Shown: positions 10,643-23,766 of the stretch, one piece after another | Layout: every line of letters starts with the position of its first letter | Position numbering within the stretch: the stretch's first letter is position 1 | From: Hydrurus foetidus | Lineage: Eukaryota | Reading direction: 5' to 3' | Length of the DNA stretch: 63,945 nt | Assembly: GCA_900617105.1 (NCBI GenBank) | Contig: UYFQ01000797.1 | Location: forward strand, 1 to 63,945 | Made by a program: the position numbers and the translations under genes | Notes under the pieces: model-generated | Seen by the model: only the letters and a program-made list of their open reading frames with translations | What the model was told of the DNA's origin: nothing | Database searches by the model: none

Positions 10643-13600
10643 CTATCCGTGAGAAGGTACTTTCACTCTGATTTCGTCTTCCGTTAAAAACCCTGTCATG
10701 ATATTTCCTCTGAACTGAGTGGTGAACAGCCTCGCCTCCCACCCACTGACATCGAAGTAGAGGAACTGAATATTGACCTGCAACTGCATCAACTCGTGCT
10801 GTGTGCGCAATTTCATCCATAGTCGGAGTTCGCCGTGATACCGCCAGTCTCTACGGTATAACTCCTGAGCGGCACATGCTTGCAAGAGGTCTTTAGGCAT
10901 GGAGTAGAAGAGGTAGAACAGCGTCTCCATCAAGAACTTCGACAAGTGCTCTGTGAAGGAGTAGAATGGAAGGAGTAAGATGGCAGAAGAGGGAGTCGAT
11001 GGGATTGATGAAGGTGAGAAGTGGAGTGGATGTGACTAGATAGGGGAGGAATGGGATACGATTGAAAGATTAGGTAAGATGTATTGAAATCAGATGTGCG
11101 GATAGACTGTCACCTGCGTTACAGAAGATGAAGAAAGCATACGTATAGTGAAGAAAAGAAAAGTGCTGTGGACAACAAGAAAGTTAAGCGAAGAGAAGAG
11201 AAGCAAAGTGCAGTGTAGGAAACTGAAGAAAAGGTAAGTGAGGAGATGAAGAGAGATGTGGTGTAGTAAACAGAAAGAAAGCATGGTGAAGAAAAAGAAA
11301 GCAAAGTGGAGTAAAGTACAGAATTCGATTGTGTCTTACCCGGTTTAAGAGGGGGCGGTTGCATCAAGTGGCACCCCGGAGTGGAGTACTGGGGCTCAGA
11401 GGACTGAGGCTGGTCAGAAAAGGGAGAGCTGATGATGTAGTAGAACAGACGGAGAGATGGATGGGCGGGTTAGTCGCTGATTGTGGGAGATGAAGGAGGA
11501 GTAACATGACATCACATCAAAGATTTCATAGCACCGTTATTTATTCATACATTCATTCAGTCACTCACTCATACAGTAAGTCAGTCAGTCAGTCAGTCAC
11601 ACACACACAGTCAACCATTACCTGAATGACGTGTAGAGGCAGTCGGAGGAGTTGAGGTTGAGCCCGAAGGTGGTCAGGTCAGCACCTAGGGCCAGTGTGT
11701 TCAAATCCTGAAAAGACGAAGACAGAGAACCAGGCACAGACATGTTAGAGGAATGCAGCGGAGAAAAGTGCGATTAGATCAAGTGCATAGAGTTGAGCTA
11801 GGCGCACCTTGTCCGTCATGCGTATGACATCAAGCAGGCCAGCTAAACCGAACCTGCCCTCGGGTGAAGGGGAAGGAGTGTTAAGAGCTGCGCTGCCTAG
11901 ACCGCTATTGCTATTACTCATGCTACTGCTACTCTGTCCCTGTCCTTGTCCTAGTGACAGCATGCCCATGCCGGTACCCATACCCCCCATACCCATACCA
12001 CCTCCACTACTACTCATACCCAGTCCCCCCATGCCTGAAAACGCTCCACCAGACATGCTATTGCCATTCAGACTCTGCCCCTGTCCTTGTCCTTGTCCAA
12101 TTCTGTCTGCTCCCCCTCCTACTGCTACATTGTGTTGGCTTGAGCCCCTAGATATAGTAGGACCAGCTGACAACCCCTGCCCTTGTCCCTGCCCTTGACT
12201 GGTCATTCTCATCTGCTGTTGAAGGAGCTGTTGTTGCAGTTGAAGTTGCTGCTGCTGTAGCGTGTCTTGAGACAGAGAAAGGGACAACAACCGATCACTT
12301 TGCAGACCAAGACCCATACCCCCCTGTCCCTGTCCTCCCCCCATACCCATGGAGAACCCCCTGTCGTCCTTCTGACCCGCCCTCTCCCTCTCATGCATGG
12401 ATGACCCAGGGAGAGCTGGGAAGTCTTCATTGAGCATAGAGAAGTCTTCTTCCCTCAGATGTTGGGATGTCGATCCAAATCTGCTCAACCCGTTACTACC
12501 CACTATCCCCTGCCCTTGTCCCTGTCCCTGGGAGTTGGAGAGGACAGGGAAGCTCTGTGAGTCGTACTGCAGTGCATCTCTCTCCCTCTCTCTATCCCTC
12601 ACTGCATGTTGGTTCTGAGGGTCGCGCATCAGTTGGTAGTGCGCAGACTCGTTGCTGATGCTGTTCCCGTTGCTGCTCGACAGTTGAGAGAGCGCTGATT
12701 GACCTGAAAGAAGAGGACGTATTTAACGGATAGATTAGACTTCAATTGAATAGGATGGAAATACTAAAAGAAAGATTAATGTAGAGCATTTCTTCGCATA
12801 GTAAATCAACCTCTGGGAAGTCAAAAGAGTTCACGATCACAACACATTATGAGATCTATGCCGATAAGTGTAAAGGCGTCGACAGGGCAGGGGAAGATAG
12901 GACAGGACAGTCTGCCATTAATCATCTCTGCGATGTTACATTGGATTGAATCCTATCCTATCGAATCATGTCATTTGCAATCCTATCACATCATGCTTAT
13001 AGAGTACCTAGTCCGAGCCCTTGACCCAGTGCCTGACTCTGCCCTTGCCCTTGTCCCTGCGCAGTGCTGTAGGCAGACCTCGCACCGGCCATGGCTTGCT
13101 GGTATCCGAAATGCTGACTCTGACTCTGACTTTGAGTGTCTGGGAATTGTCGTGTTGTATTGTAATGTGAAAGTGAGAAGAGAGGAGAGAGAAGGTGAAA
13201 GAAGAGAAAATAAGGGAGGGAAGTGGAAAGAGGGGTAAGAAGAGAGAGGGGGAGATAAGAGGAGAGAGGCAGTCATTCACTAGATATGCTGCAACATAAC
13301 TTGCTATCGTACTAATATTAGTGTTGAGAAATCGGAACACGCAGAAAGACACATGCATTGCTAAAGTTATCAAATGTATGTCCATTCAATGGCGACGTAT
13401 ACGGCTCACAGGGGAAATGATGTTCTCTCTTAGCTATGAAGTGTCGCATGAATAACGCCCCTACGATTAACTACGCTGAGCATAGAGTGCAGAGTGGTGC
13501 CATTCACTGTACAGCATGTAGTAGGACGCTAGAAGAGGGGCAGATAGCATGGGTACTGTTCGCATCATCATCTAAAACATCATCAAAACGCCTCTGCATG

Positions 13601-14613
13601 AATGAGGACACACATCACTTGCACGACACAGTGTTTCCCGTCATATCTATAATTAGATGATAACGCTTCGAGAAACTCTCAACTCAACATGATTGCAAAT
13701 CCATGAAACCGGGGGTCAACACTACAGTACAACACATCACATTGCATCACATCAACAGCCAATCAGCAGTCTCGTTGAATTCATCGCATTTCATTTCGTT
13801 AACAAGACACACCTGCTGCTCCTTGAATGGAACTGTGCATGCTTCTCGACATCTGAGATAGAAGAATTGGAGAAGAGAAGTTCATTAAAGAGGTATAGAA
13901 ACTCAAACAGTGAGTAAATGGTGATAGGAATAGAAACAGAAGTAATGGTAGGATGTGTAAGATTCAGATCAGATGTAACTAGTTCACGTAATGTTTGAAG
14001 TTATCTTTTCCTTCCCCAACATGGCAGCAAATGAGGAGAGAAAGATAAGATGTGAAGAATTTCAAAGATAGACGAATAAGATAGACGAGAAAGATGGGTA
14101 CCAGTTGTTGGCCTGTCGCCCCTTGTTGTTGCTGCTGCAGCTGTTGTCTCTGTTGTTGTGAAACCCCAGGGTTCCCACCTGAATAGACGAAAGTCTAGTG
14201 TTATTTGATATACTACGTTTTTGATAATAATTACTGGCACCACTATGTATTGAAGTGTGTTGAAGTATGAATTTCCCTCATAGGTTATGGAGATCAGTAC
14301 TGTGTGCCCCGAATCGTCAATTTTTGTAGGAATATGGCAACAACAGACACTGCAACTCCACATCTTCATAGAAAACAGTAATGCCATGCACTTACTCAAG
14401 AAACTTTACTCATTCCAAAAGGCACCCCACATATAAGATTGTCGAGATGGAATTCACTTCGGAAGAAACACAGCCGGAAGGGCTGGACACTTCAGTACAA
14501 TGTAAATTGCTGCTGAAAGTTGTCATACCTCCAATCGATCCTACTGCGTATGTCGAGTAAGGAGAGACGGCGCCAAAACCCCCTCTCTCAGATTGTTGTT
14601 GATGCTGCTGCAT
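10643..14613 (-). CDS. NOT2: CCR4-NOT complex subunit NOT2; about 8 exons (approx. 14528-14613, 14101-14177, 13813-13852, 13008-13139, 11808-12703, 11622-11707, 11340-11428, 10643-10950)
   Basis: RFGLAGLLDVIRMTDK / DLNTLALGADLTTFGLNLNS and the NOT-box ETLFYLFYSMPKDLLQACAAQELYRRDWRYH. Also EDFPALPG motifs, a Gln/Gly-rich N-terminus and GT-AG junctions. Confidence 0.93.
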
Positions 14614-15037
14614 CGTTCTTTGATTAGAGCAATTCTACTTGTCCAAGTCGATACTATGCGACTCTTCGCGAATAAAATATTTATAAAAAGTCAGTGGTAC
14701 TGAGTTCGATCGTTTTGCTCGCAGCTCACTCTTTCCGAAAATACGTCTTTAAGGTGTCATCAAATAAAAACGGTGACATTTAAGCCGGACGAACCTGCTC
14801 GCACGCAAATTTTTGATGAGGGCTTTTCGCTGCTGGTCGAATACTGATGGAGCTTCGTCAGCCCGTTACCACCATTCTTTGAACCCCTGCGCCTGCCCTT
14901 GGGATGAAGTTATAAAAGCCTTGTTTGAACTGATGAGAAGGATCGATAAACCTCTTCGGACTTCAAACTTCACTGGACTCGATTCGTTTCTTCGTTGTGC
15001 GGTGAAAAGTGGAGTCGAAGTGGTCTTGGGTCGGGCG

Positions 15038-15634
15038 CGGATCGGATCGGATCGGATCGGATCGGATCGGATCGGATCGGATCGGATCGGATCGGATCGG
15101 ATCGGATCGGATCGGATCGGATCGGATCGGATCGGATCGGATCGGATCGGATCGGATCGGATCGGATCGGATCGGATCGGATCGGATCGGATCGGATCGG
15201 ATCGGATCGGATCGGATCGGATCGGATCGGATCGGATCGGATCGGATCGGATCGGATCGGATCGGATCGGATCGGATCGGATCGGATCGGATCGGATCGG
15301 ATCGGATCGGATCGGATCGGATCGGATCGGATCGGATCGGATCGATCGGATCGGATCGATCGATCGGATCGATCGATCGGATCGGATCGGATCGAATCGA
15401 ATCGATCGATCGGATCGATCGAATCGATCGAATCGAATCGAATCGGATCGGATCGGATCGGATCGGATCGGATCGGATCGGATCGGATCGGATCGGATCG
15501 GATCGGATCGGATCGGATCGGATCGGATCGGATCGGATCGGATCGGATCGGATCGGATCGGATCGGATCGGATCGGATCGGATCGGATCGGATCGGATCG
15601 GATCGGATCGGATCGGATCGGATCGGATCGGATC
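15038..15634. repeat. (GGATC)n pentanucleotide array, about 119 units, with a central patch of GATC/GAATC variants (about 15341-15445)
   Basis: Read directly from the sequence. Confidence 0.99.
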
Positions 15635-16285
15635 ATACCGAGTTTCTTTCATTACTCAGATGCATTAGGAGCGAGATAATTCCTCGACGACTTCCTGACC
15701 CTTTCCTCTCTGTTCTTCGCAAAGTGCTATTTTACTCTTACTCCTCAATCTTCCCTAACCTCTCTGTTACCTGCTACTTCACCATCTAACAAGAAGTCTT
15801 TCTAAAAGAAGTTATCGCTGTAACTTTATACAGAGTGGAATTCATTTTATTTTACATATATGACATAATATTTTTCGTGGAAAGAAAGAAGTAATACGGA
15901 TTAAAATTTGTACAAATATAAGTATAGAGCGGATTAAAAATAGAAATAGAAATAGATACTGTATAGTAGAAGAAACAAAACAGAAATGGAAGATGAGAAA
16001 TATATAGAAATAGAGGAAGGCTAGCTCGCAGTCCTGCCATGAGATGCTCTGTACTGATCGAATCAACCCTCAACTGATGACCATTATCGATCTCACATTA
16101 CGATAATGACAGAGGAGATAAAAAGGGGAGGAGAATATTTAAGAGGGAAGGGGGGGGGGGATGATAGAGAGAGAGGGGTGTTGTAGTAACTGTCATACTG
16201 GCTTTCCGAAGCTCATTTGCCCTTAATAAACAATATATGATAACAGCCCTCCATAACATGGCTCTCTATTAATCAGTATGAATAC

Positions 16286-19200
16286 TTAGTACGCCATTCT
16301 TGTGGGCTGCTTAGCATCTGACGTGAATGGACCGTCCTGCCCCATCTTAGGGGAGGATACGGGGGACTGAGCCGTATTAGGGGAGTCGGTATCATCCGGT
16401 ATAACTTTCTTCTCTTCCAGCACGTTGTTGTACCTCTTGATGTAAGCAGCGGCTTCCTCAGGTGTGCATATACGGATATCACTCAAAGTTATCGGCTTGC
16501 CCATAACCGGGTCAAGTGTCGAAGAGGAAGGGTTGTCTGACTTTTTGTCTTTACTGCCTATGCTCACTGTGCCGCTATTGTTCAGATCTTTGGCTTCTTG
16601 ACTGGCCGCTTCTACGGCCAATTTAGCCGCTTGAATGTCCGCCTGTATGGTAGCAGAGAGTGTAGTACAATAGCATGGGAGTATTGGAAGAGAGTGAGAC
16701 ATGGATTAAATGTAGGGAGAGGGAGAGAAAGAGAGTGATGGAGAGAGAGGGGGGTTGACTTCTACAGTGCATCCATCAAGTGTGACTGGTGCCCACAGTC
16801 AGTGTCAGCAAGGTAGACATTTGGAAGACGTGATAAGTGATGCAGCGTGGTGGAAGGCAGTGTTGTTTGATGCAGTGTAGTGCGGTGTGGTCACCTCGAT
16901 GTATTTGGTGTACTCGGGACAGAGCAGCAATGGACCGGAAGGTGGGTATCACAGAGTGGCCCAACAACGTAAGGCACAGGCTGAGGGGCAAGGTGGCAGA
17001 AAGAGTGGTTAAGGTAAGGTAAGGTAAGGTAAGGTAAGGTAAGGTAAGGTAAGGTAAGGTAAGGTAAGGTAAGGTAAGGTAAGGTAAGGTAAAGTAAGGT
17101 AAGGTAAGGCGTGAGAGTCGCGAAGTCGTGAGATGTGGCGTAACATGTAGATTGGTCAGAAAATATCTGCTCAACGGAAGTGAACATAATTCATCAACAT
17201 AATACAGTATGACATAAATTGGTGAGGACATTTCTTCACCTTGTAGTGGGGCACTCCAGCTGAGTCAGAGGTATCAGTTGCCTGAGAGATGGGATCGAAT
17301 ATTTGTTAGAGACAATCGCTGACCAAATTGACAGAGTGGTATACTATTGAGTAGTATACCAGAGAAAAGTACAGTACTGCACAGTAAAGCACAGTGCAGT
17401 ACGGGGTCGTGTGAGATAGGGTAGGGTACTGATACAATACACTTCGAAATATGAGGCGAAATTAATGAACAATGGGTTAGAGAGATGATCAATATTAATA
17501 TAGTATAGCATTCACTATCCACGTCACAATACGTCCGTACTTTGATATTGGACAAGGTGAGAGATCTTCCGGCGTTTCTTCTTCTTGTTGTGACTTTCTT
17601 CTCACCACCGCTTCTATCTTCTTTTTTATGGTGGCTTCTATGTGTTGTCTGTAGTCCGGAGACATCAACATCACGGCATACGTGTATGCTGAGGACTTCA
17701 ATCCGGCTCTCTGACATTCCACCACTGCGATACAGTGCCATACGGTACAGTGCAGAGTAAAGCAGTGTAGTGTAGTGTAGTGTAGTGTAGTGTAGTGTAG
17801 TGCAGTGTAGTGTAGTGTAGTGTAGTACAATGCAGTGTAGCGCAGTGCATTCGATAGAAAGGGTAGGAGTGAAGAGTAAAGAGGAGGGAAGGGGGTTGCA
17901 ATGGGATGAGATGAATATTTACATAAAGCATACTGGTTGAGGCACTTTAGTCACGCATTTCAGTGCTCTTGTAATCAAATGTGTGAAGCAGGAAATATAT
18001 CTATCTATCAATCTATGAACAACTACCTCTCCCACTGTCTATGTGTTGTTGGAGGACTGTCTAACCTGTGGATGTGTAGATTGCCACGACATGCAGAGGA
18101 AACTTGGACGCGCTCTGAGCCACCCTTAAGAGCATGCTGAGGAGAGATGGTAGGAGAGGGGAGCGGAAAGGAAAGGGGTGGAGGGAAGAGGGGAAGGAGA
18201 TAGCAGGTAAGAGGAAAGAAAGAAGAGAGGAGAGGAGGGAAGAAGAGGAGGAGAAGAGGAGAGAAAAGGACAGGAAAAGGAGAGAGGGGATACGATGTGG
18301 TTTGATATAATGTGATGTGTCATGATACCATGTGACGTGACACAACGTAATTTGATTTGATTTGATCTGATCTGATCTGATTTGATTTGATGTCGCGCAA
18401 TCTGATGTTACGAGATGTGGTGTATCATTACGTGATATGACATTGTATCATACGATATAATATGATATGCTATGATATAGTACAATATAGTATGATGTAG
18501 TACAATGTAACATTATGCAATGTGGCTTACCGCGCTGCTCCTGTGTGATCTCCTGACCTCACCATGTGCTTCACACGTACGTACGAGTGCAGCAGCACGA
18601 AAGCTTGTCTCAGCTGCAGGGACACTTTGATGTTTGCAGCCTCCAAGTGCTGGATTATCTCCACCACCTATTGAATGGTATTAGCAGCAGATTTATAGAT
18701 TGACAATGTTAAATGTATGATAGATTACAATTAGATTAAGAATTTAGTGCATTAATGCATATAGACTGATAGGGAAAAAATTAGCTCATTGAAAATTGAG
18801 TTGAGAAACGAAATATTAAGTGCAGGTATGACTGATACGATAAAAGAGGATATTCACATGATACAGAGTGCAAGTGAGAGAAGCTATCGAAAGTGTCCTC
18901 TCAACTTGACATTAGTATACTGTAGTAAAGTAAAGCAAAGCAAAGTAAAGTAAAGTAAAGTAAAGTAAAGTAAAGTAAAGTAAAGTAAAGTAAAGTAAAG
19001 TAAAGTAAAGTAAAGTAAAGCAATGACAATTCATATCGATCATGCGGATAGATGGAGACAGATATAGTGCAGAGTGCCAATACGATTCTCTCTCACCACA
19101 GAATGGGCGAGAGAATAGTTGCCCATGTCTTGCTCCTGTCTGGCGATTATGAGGGCTGTCTTGGCGGCATCATCGTATTTCTTGAGAGCCATGTACAGCC

Positions 19201-22200
19201 TATCGAGTGAGGGGAGTGAAGTGGCGTTCATTTTGGTAGTGTGAAAACAAGTTGAAGATAAGGTTAAACTAGACGTTTGTTTGATGGTCATTGATCACCA
19301 TCGGGTAAGAGAGAAGAGGAGAGGAGAGGAGAGAAGGGCATAGCATAGGAAAGAAGAGAAGGTGGATGCAGAGACAGTAAAACAAGAGAAATGTAGAGTG
19401 AAAGGAGATAACAGGATGTATGAACCCATAACCCCTGACTAGACACGCATCCCGGACGCGATCCAATGAATCTCTCTATCTGTCTCACCTGTAGATGTAG
19501 TTGGGATCCTTCGGCATGCCGTCCTTCTCCCCCACGAGGAAATCTAAAACATAATGAACAGATAGATAAGCAGTCAATAAGTCAGTCAAATGGCGGTGGT
19601 AGCTATCCCTCATCCCTACAATCCCTCCACAGGCACCAACCATTATTCCAACCCAACCCAACCTTGCCCTACCCTACGCTGCCCTACCATACGATACCCT
19701 GCACTACCCCATCTTGCCTTCTCCACCCCATTGTACCTTACCCCACCCCCCCCCCTCCCATCCCCTCCCACTCATGTTAGCACTGACTCACACTGACCTA
19801 TTAGTTGGTGTGCCAGTCCGTCGCTCTGACTCTTGCCCACCACTTCTATGGCCGCATCGATCTCTCTGTCCCCGCACTGGATGAACAGCTTTAGGGCTCT
19901 GGTGTAGTGACCACACAGAGAGTAGAACCTAATCCAATAGAGAGAGGAATGAGAACAGAAAGAGTGAAATAAGAGGTAGAAAGATGCGAGATGAGGAGGT
20001 AGACTTAAACACAGGGAGATTGAAAAGAGAGAAACGAAAAGAGAAAGAGGGATAGAAATAGAAAGAGTGAGAGGAGAACAGAGAGACATTGAGAAATGAA
20101 GAGAACGTGTGTGGTAGAGGAAGGGGGAAAGAGTAATAATGAGTGCAGTGTAGACCAACCTCCCCGCCTTTCCAAAGTCGTTCTTCTCGTAGAACTGTGC
20201 CACCCTCAGTGCATCTTCGTTTCCTATCTGCTCTCCCAGAGCAGCGCAGTACACTTCAACTAAGGAGTGTGTCTGAGCAAGTTTAAATGCATCATCTGTC
20301 TTGTTGGCGATCAGAAGGAACTCTATTGCACCGCGGAAATCTATGTGTTGTTGAAGTAATACGTGTTGCAGGGGATGCAGTCTACTAGTTAGATTGACTA
20401 TTGAGGGAAAAGATTGAGAAGAACAAAGGGCATGGTTTCACTCCATTTCTTGAGTACGAGCGCAAGAGAAATAAAGTACAACGTCGAATGAATGTGAGCT
20501 GCACTGCACTGCACTGCACTGCACTGCACTATACTATACTGCACTCCACTGCAGTGTACTACACTGCACTGCACTGCACTGCACTGCACCGCACCGCACC
20601 GCACCAAACCACACTGCACTGCACTGCACTGCACTGCACTGCACTGCGTCGTAGTATGATGCTCACCTGACGCGTCTATGCAGTAGTCTGCCACTAGCTG
20701 CGCCCCTTGAGCGGACCCCCCTCCCCTCACCAAGTCGAATGCTTGCTGCACTTCGTCTAGGTGGCGCAACTTCAACTCAACCACCTGTAGGGTTAGATGT
20801 GAGATATGACATGATTAGCGGTAGTGCAGAGTCAAGAGAGAAAAGAGGAGAGGGGAAGAGAGTTAATAGCAGTGAGAAAATGAAAGTGACTTCAAGTCGT
20901 GTATAGGATGTCAACAGTAAGATGAGAGACGATAAGGGTGATGATGAAAAAGGCATTAAAAAATCCCTCCTTCTTTTCACCTTGTCGGTATCATTAGCTC
21001 TCTCGTACGCCTTGACTGCCTCTTGATATCTCCCACACGAGACACAGGCCTTCGCGAAGGATGAGTTCAACTGGTCGTTCTGTACCTTCTCCATGATCAG
21101 CGCTGCCTCAGTTATCTTACTCTTGTCTCCCTTGATTAGATGTCGTATGTACATGTCCGCTGCCCGCTCGTACTGCTCTCCTTTTATGTACATGGATGCC
21201 GCCTCTGCGTATTGTTTTTGTTGCTCCAGTATTTCTCCACTGTCAGCGAATAGCTGCTTGTCTTCTAAGTCGTTAGCTAGTCGGATCCCCTGTCATTAAA
21301 TGTGATGAGATGTCATGTGATGTTAGATCAGCCCAGCTCAGGTAAAGTGATGTGAGCTGAAGTAAGGTTATGTGAAGCCACTTTAAGTCTTCTCATGCAT
21401 GCCATGTTCAATTAGGTTACGGTTGAGTAGACTAAGGGTAGTTGTGAGTGTGCTGTGCCATGCCGTGCCATGCCATGCTATGCCATGCCATTCGATTTAT
21501 GTAATATCGCGTCATGTTGTGCACGGTCATTTCAGAGTGGCAATTGTAGAGTGGAGTAGGGTAAGGTAAATTACGTTTGTGTTGTGATTTAATCCATTGC
21601 ACCATCATCTGTCGCGACTACTTTTTATTTCATTTGTGGAGAGGACGGACAGGATAGAAGACTGGAGAGGGGAGAGAGGACAGATTACAAACAGTTGAAA
21701 CTTCATTAATTCACAGCATCCCTGCACACCTGTCTGATGTTGCCTAGTCGTAGATTGCATCTAGCAACCCCTATATTGGCCATTCCTGCAAGCTCAACAG
21801 AGCACAGGTGATTGCCCCTCGCATCCTGCTCATTCAGCGCTGCTTCGAAGAGCTTAAGGCTCTGTTGATATTCCTCTTTAAATTCCATTTGTTGTCCGTA
21901 CTGCACACAGATGTCGGGCACTTGGGGGGGACTAAGGGACTGGGCCAACTGGAGTAAAAGAGGTAGAGAAAGGTAGAGAAAGAGGTAGAGATTGAGGCAC
22001 AGGTAGAAGCAGATATATGTGTGTGACAGAGATGTTTATATTGCTTTGTTGTCACTAACTGTTTCCTTTCCTGATAATTGAGAATACATGTCTTAATTTT
22101 TAAGTGGGTAATACACCACTGCATTCAGCATAAAAACAGAAGGAGGGTCACGTAAGTACGAATGTGTGTATGTGCGCATGTGCATGTACGTACTTGCAAT

Positions 22201-23734
22201 GCTTGTTCCCACTGCAGGAGGTCTCTGCGCATGTCCAGGGCAGCAATGGGGTAGGTGGAGGAGAGAAACAATTCTTGGGCGCGCTGGTAGTCTCCGAATA
22301 GAAGGGAGATGTGGCCAGCGAGAAGATGTCTGTATGCATGGAGTGATCGTGTGTATGTGTGCGCGCGCGAGAAAGTGTGTGTGAGAGAGAGAGTATGAGA
22401 GAGTGCGATTTGTGGAGTTGGGATGAGGCAAAGAGTGGATGAGAGTGGATGGGATGGGATGGGATGAGGAGATTTGTGGCGCTGGTGTCATGGTAGATGG
22501 ATCGTACGAAGTAGATCAGATACGGGAAGACAATATAATGCAGCTCAGCACAAGTCGATACATCGAGTCTTGAAGCTACATTCTGTAGACCATCTTCAGT
22601 CTATCGAAATGCAGCGCAGTGCAGAGCAGTGCAGTGCAGTGCAGTGAAGTAATATGAGAGAGCAGGTTCTGTGATGTAGTGCACTGTAACGTGTGTGTAC
22701 AGCATCGCATTACATATCATAGCATAGCATGTATGCAGTGCGATGTGTTTTATTGTACCTGTCTTCCAAGTGCTGGCAATCCTCCAGTGCCATGACCATG
22801 CCTGCATCTCCCAACTGTCTATACACCCTCAGAGCAAGCTCCACATTAAGCACCTCCATCGCCTTGTGAGACAAGGCAAGCCAGTACTGCCTTCTATCCA
22901 ACTCTAACGCAGCGTGCCACGCTACTTCTAATTTCAACAACGCTAATGCCTGGCAGAACTTGATGAGAAGTTCTTTTTGGTCTAAGGAAGATTCTGTGTC
23001 TTTATCTCTCGATGCTGCTGCTATGGTGTCAGGAAGGTGGTCAAAATAAGGGTGGATTATAGGATTCAAGTTACCAGATGCTGTTTGGCAAGTGAGCACC
23101 CCTGCAATGCTGATGATGGGAATGTTCCCCATAGGGAGCTCTATTCTATCCGGTACTATGGACAAATCCCCTTCACTTGACACTTCAGCGGGTCCGATCT
23201 TGAGAAGGATGGGGCCTTTCACACTGTGCTGGAGGAACACGTACGTGTGTAAGTACTTCCCATCGAACAGGTGCACAACGTTTCTATCTTTTGAGTCCCA
23301 CAGAGCGCACACGATGGTGGGGGGAGTGTCAGTGAAAGGTGTGATGCTTTGATTCGCACCTCCTCCTATTGGAATGTAAAATATTGAGAAAGTGTTAGCA
23401 TTAATTTAATACTGCACAAGTTTTCTGGCGCATGGAGAAGTATTGTCGATTAAAGGAGTGCATAATCTTTTTGTGCCTTTTATACCAATACTTGGGAAAG
23501 AATACCAATTCATTAGAGTGCAGGAGGGAGGGTTATTGTATCATACATCAGATGCAATTAGATGCCAACAATTGCAGTAAACCTAACCCTATCCCTATCC
23601 CTAACTCACACGTACCGGTGACGGGATTAAATAGATGAACCCCTCCCGAGTTATCCACCACCACTAGTCTTGTTCCCGACCCGTTGGGGAACAGCTGTTT
23701 GATGGAGTGGTCGAGACGCAACTCAGCACCTAGT

Positions 23735-23766
<32 letters not shown>

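Noticed and set aside
14813..15789. Long ORFs on both strands (IGSDR / IRSDP repeats)
   Set aside because: Artefacts of the stop-free (GGATC)n array.
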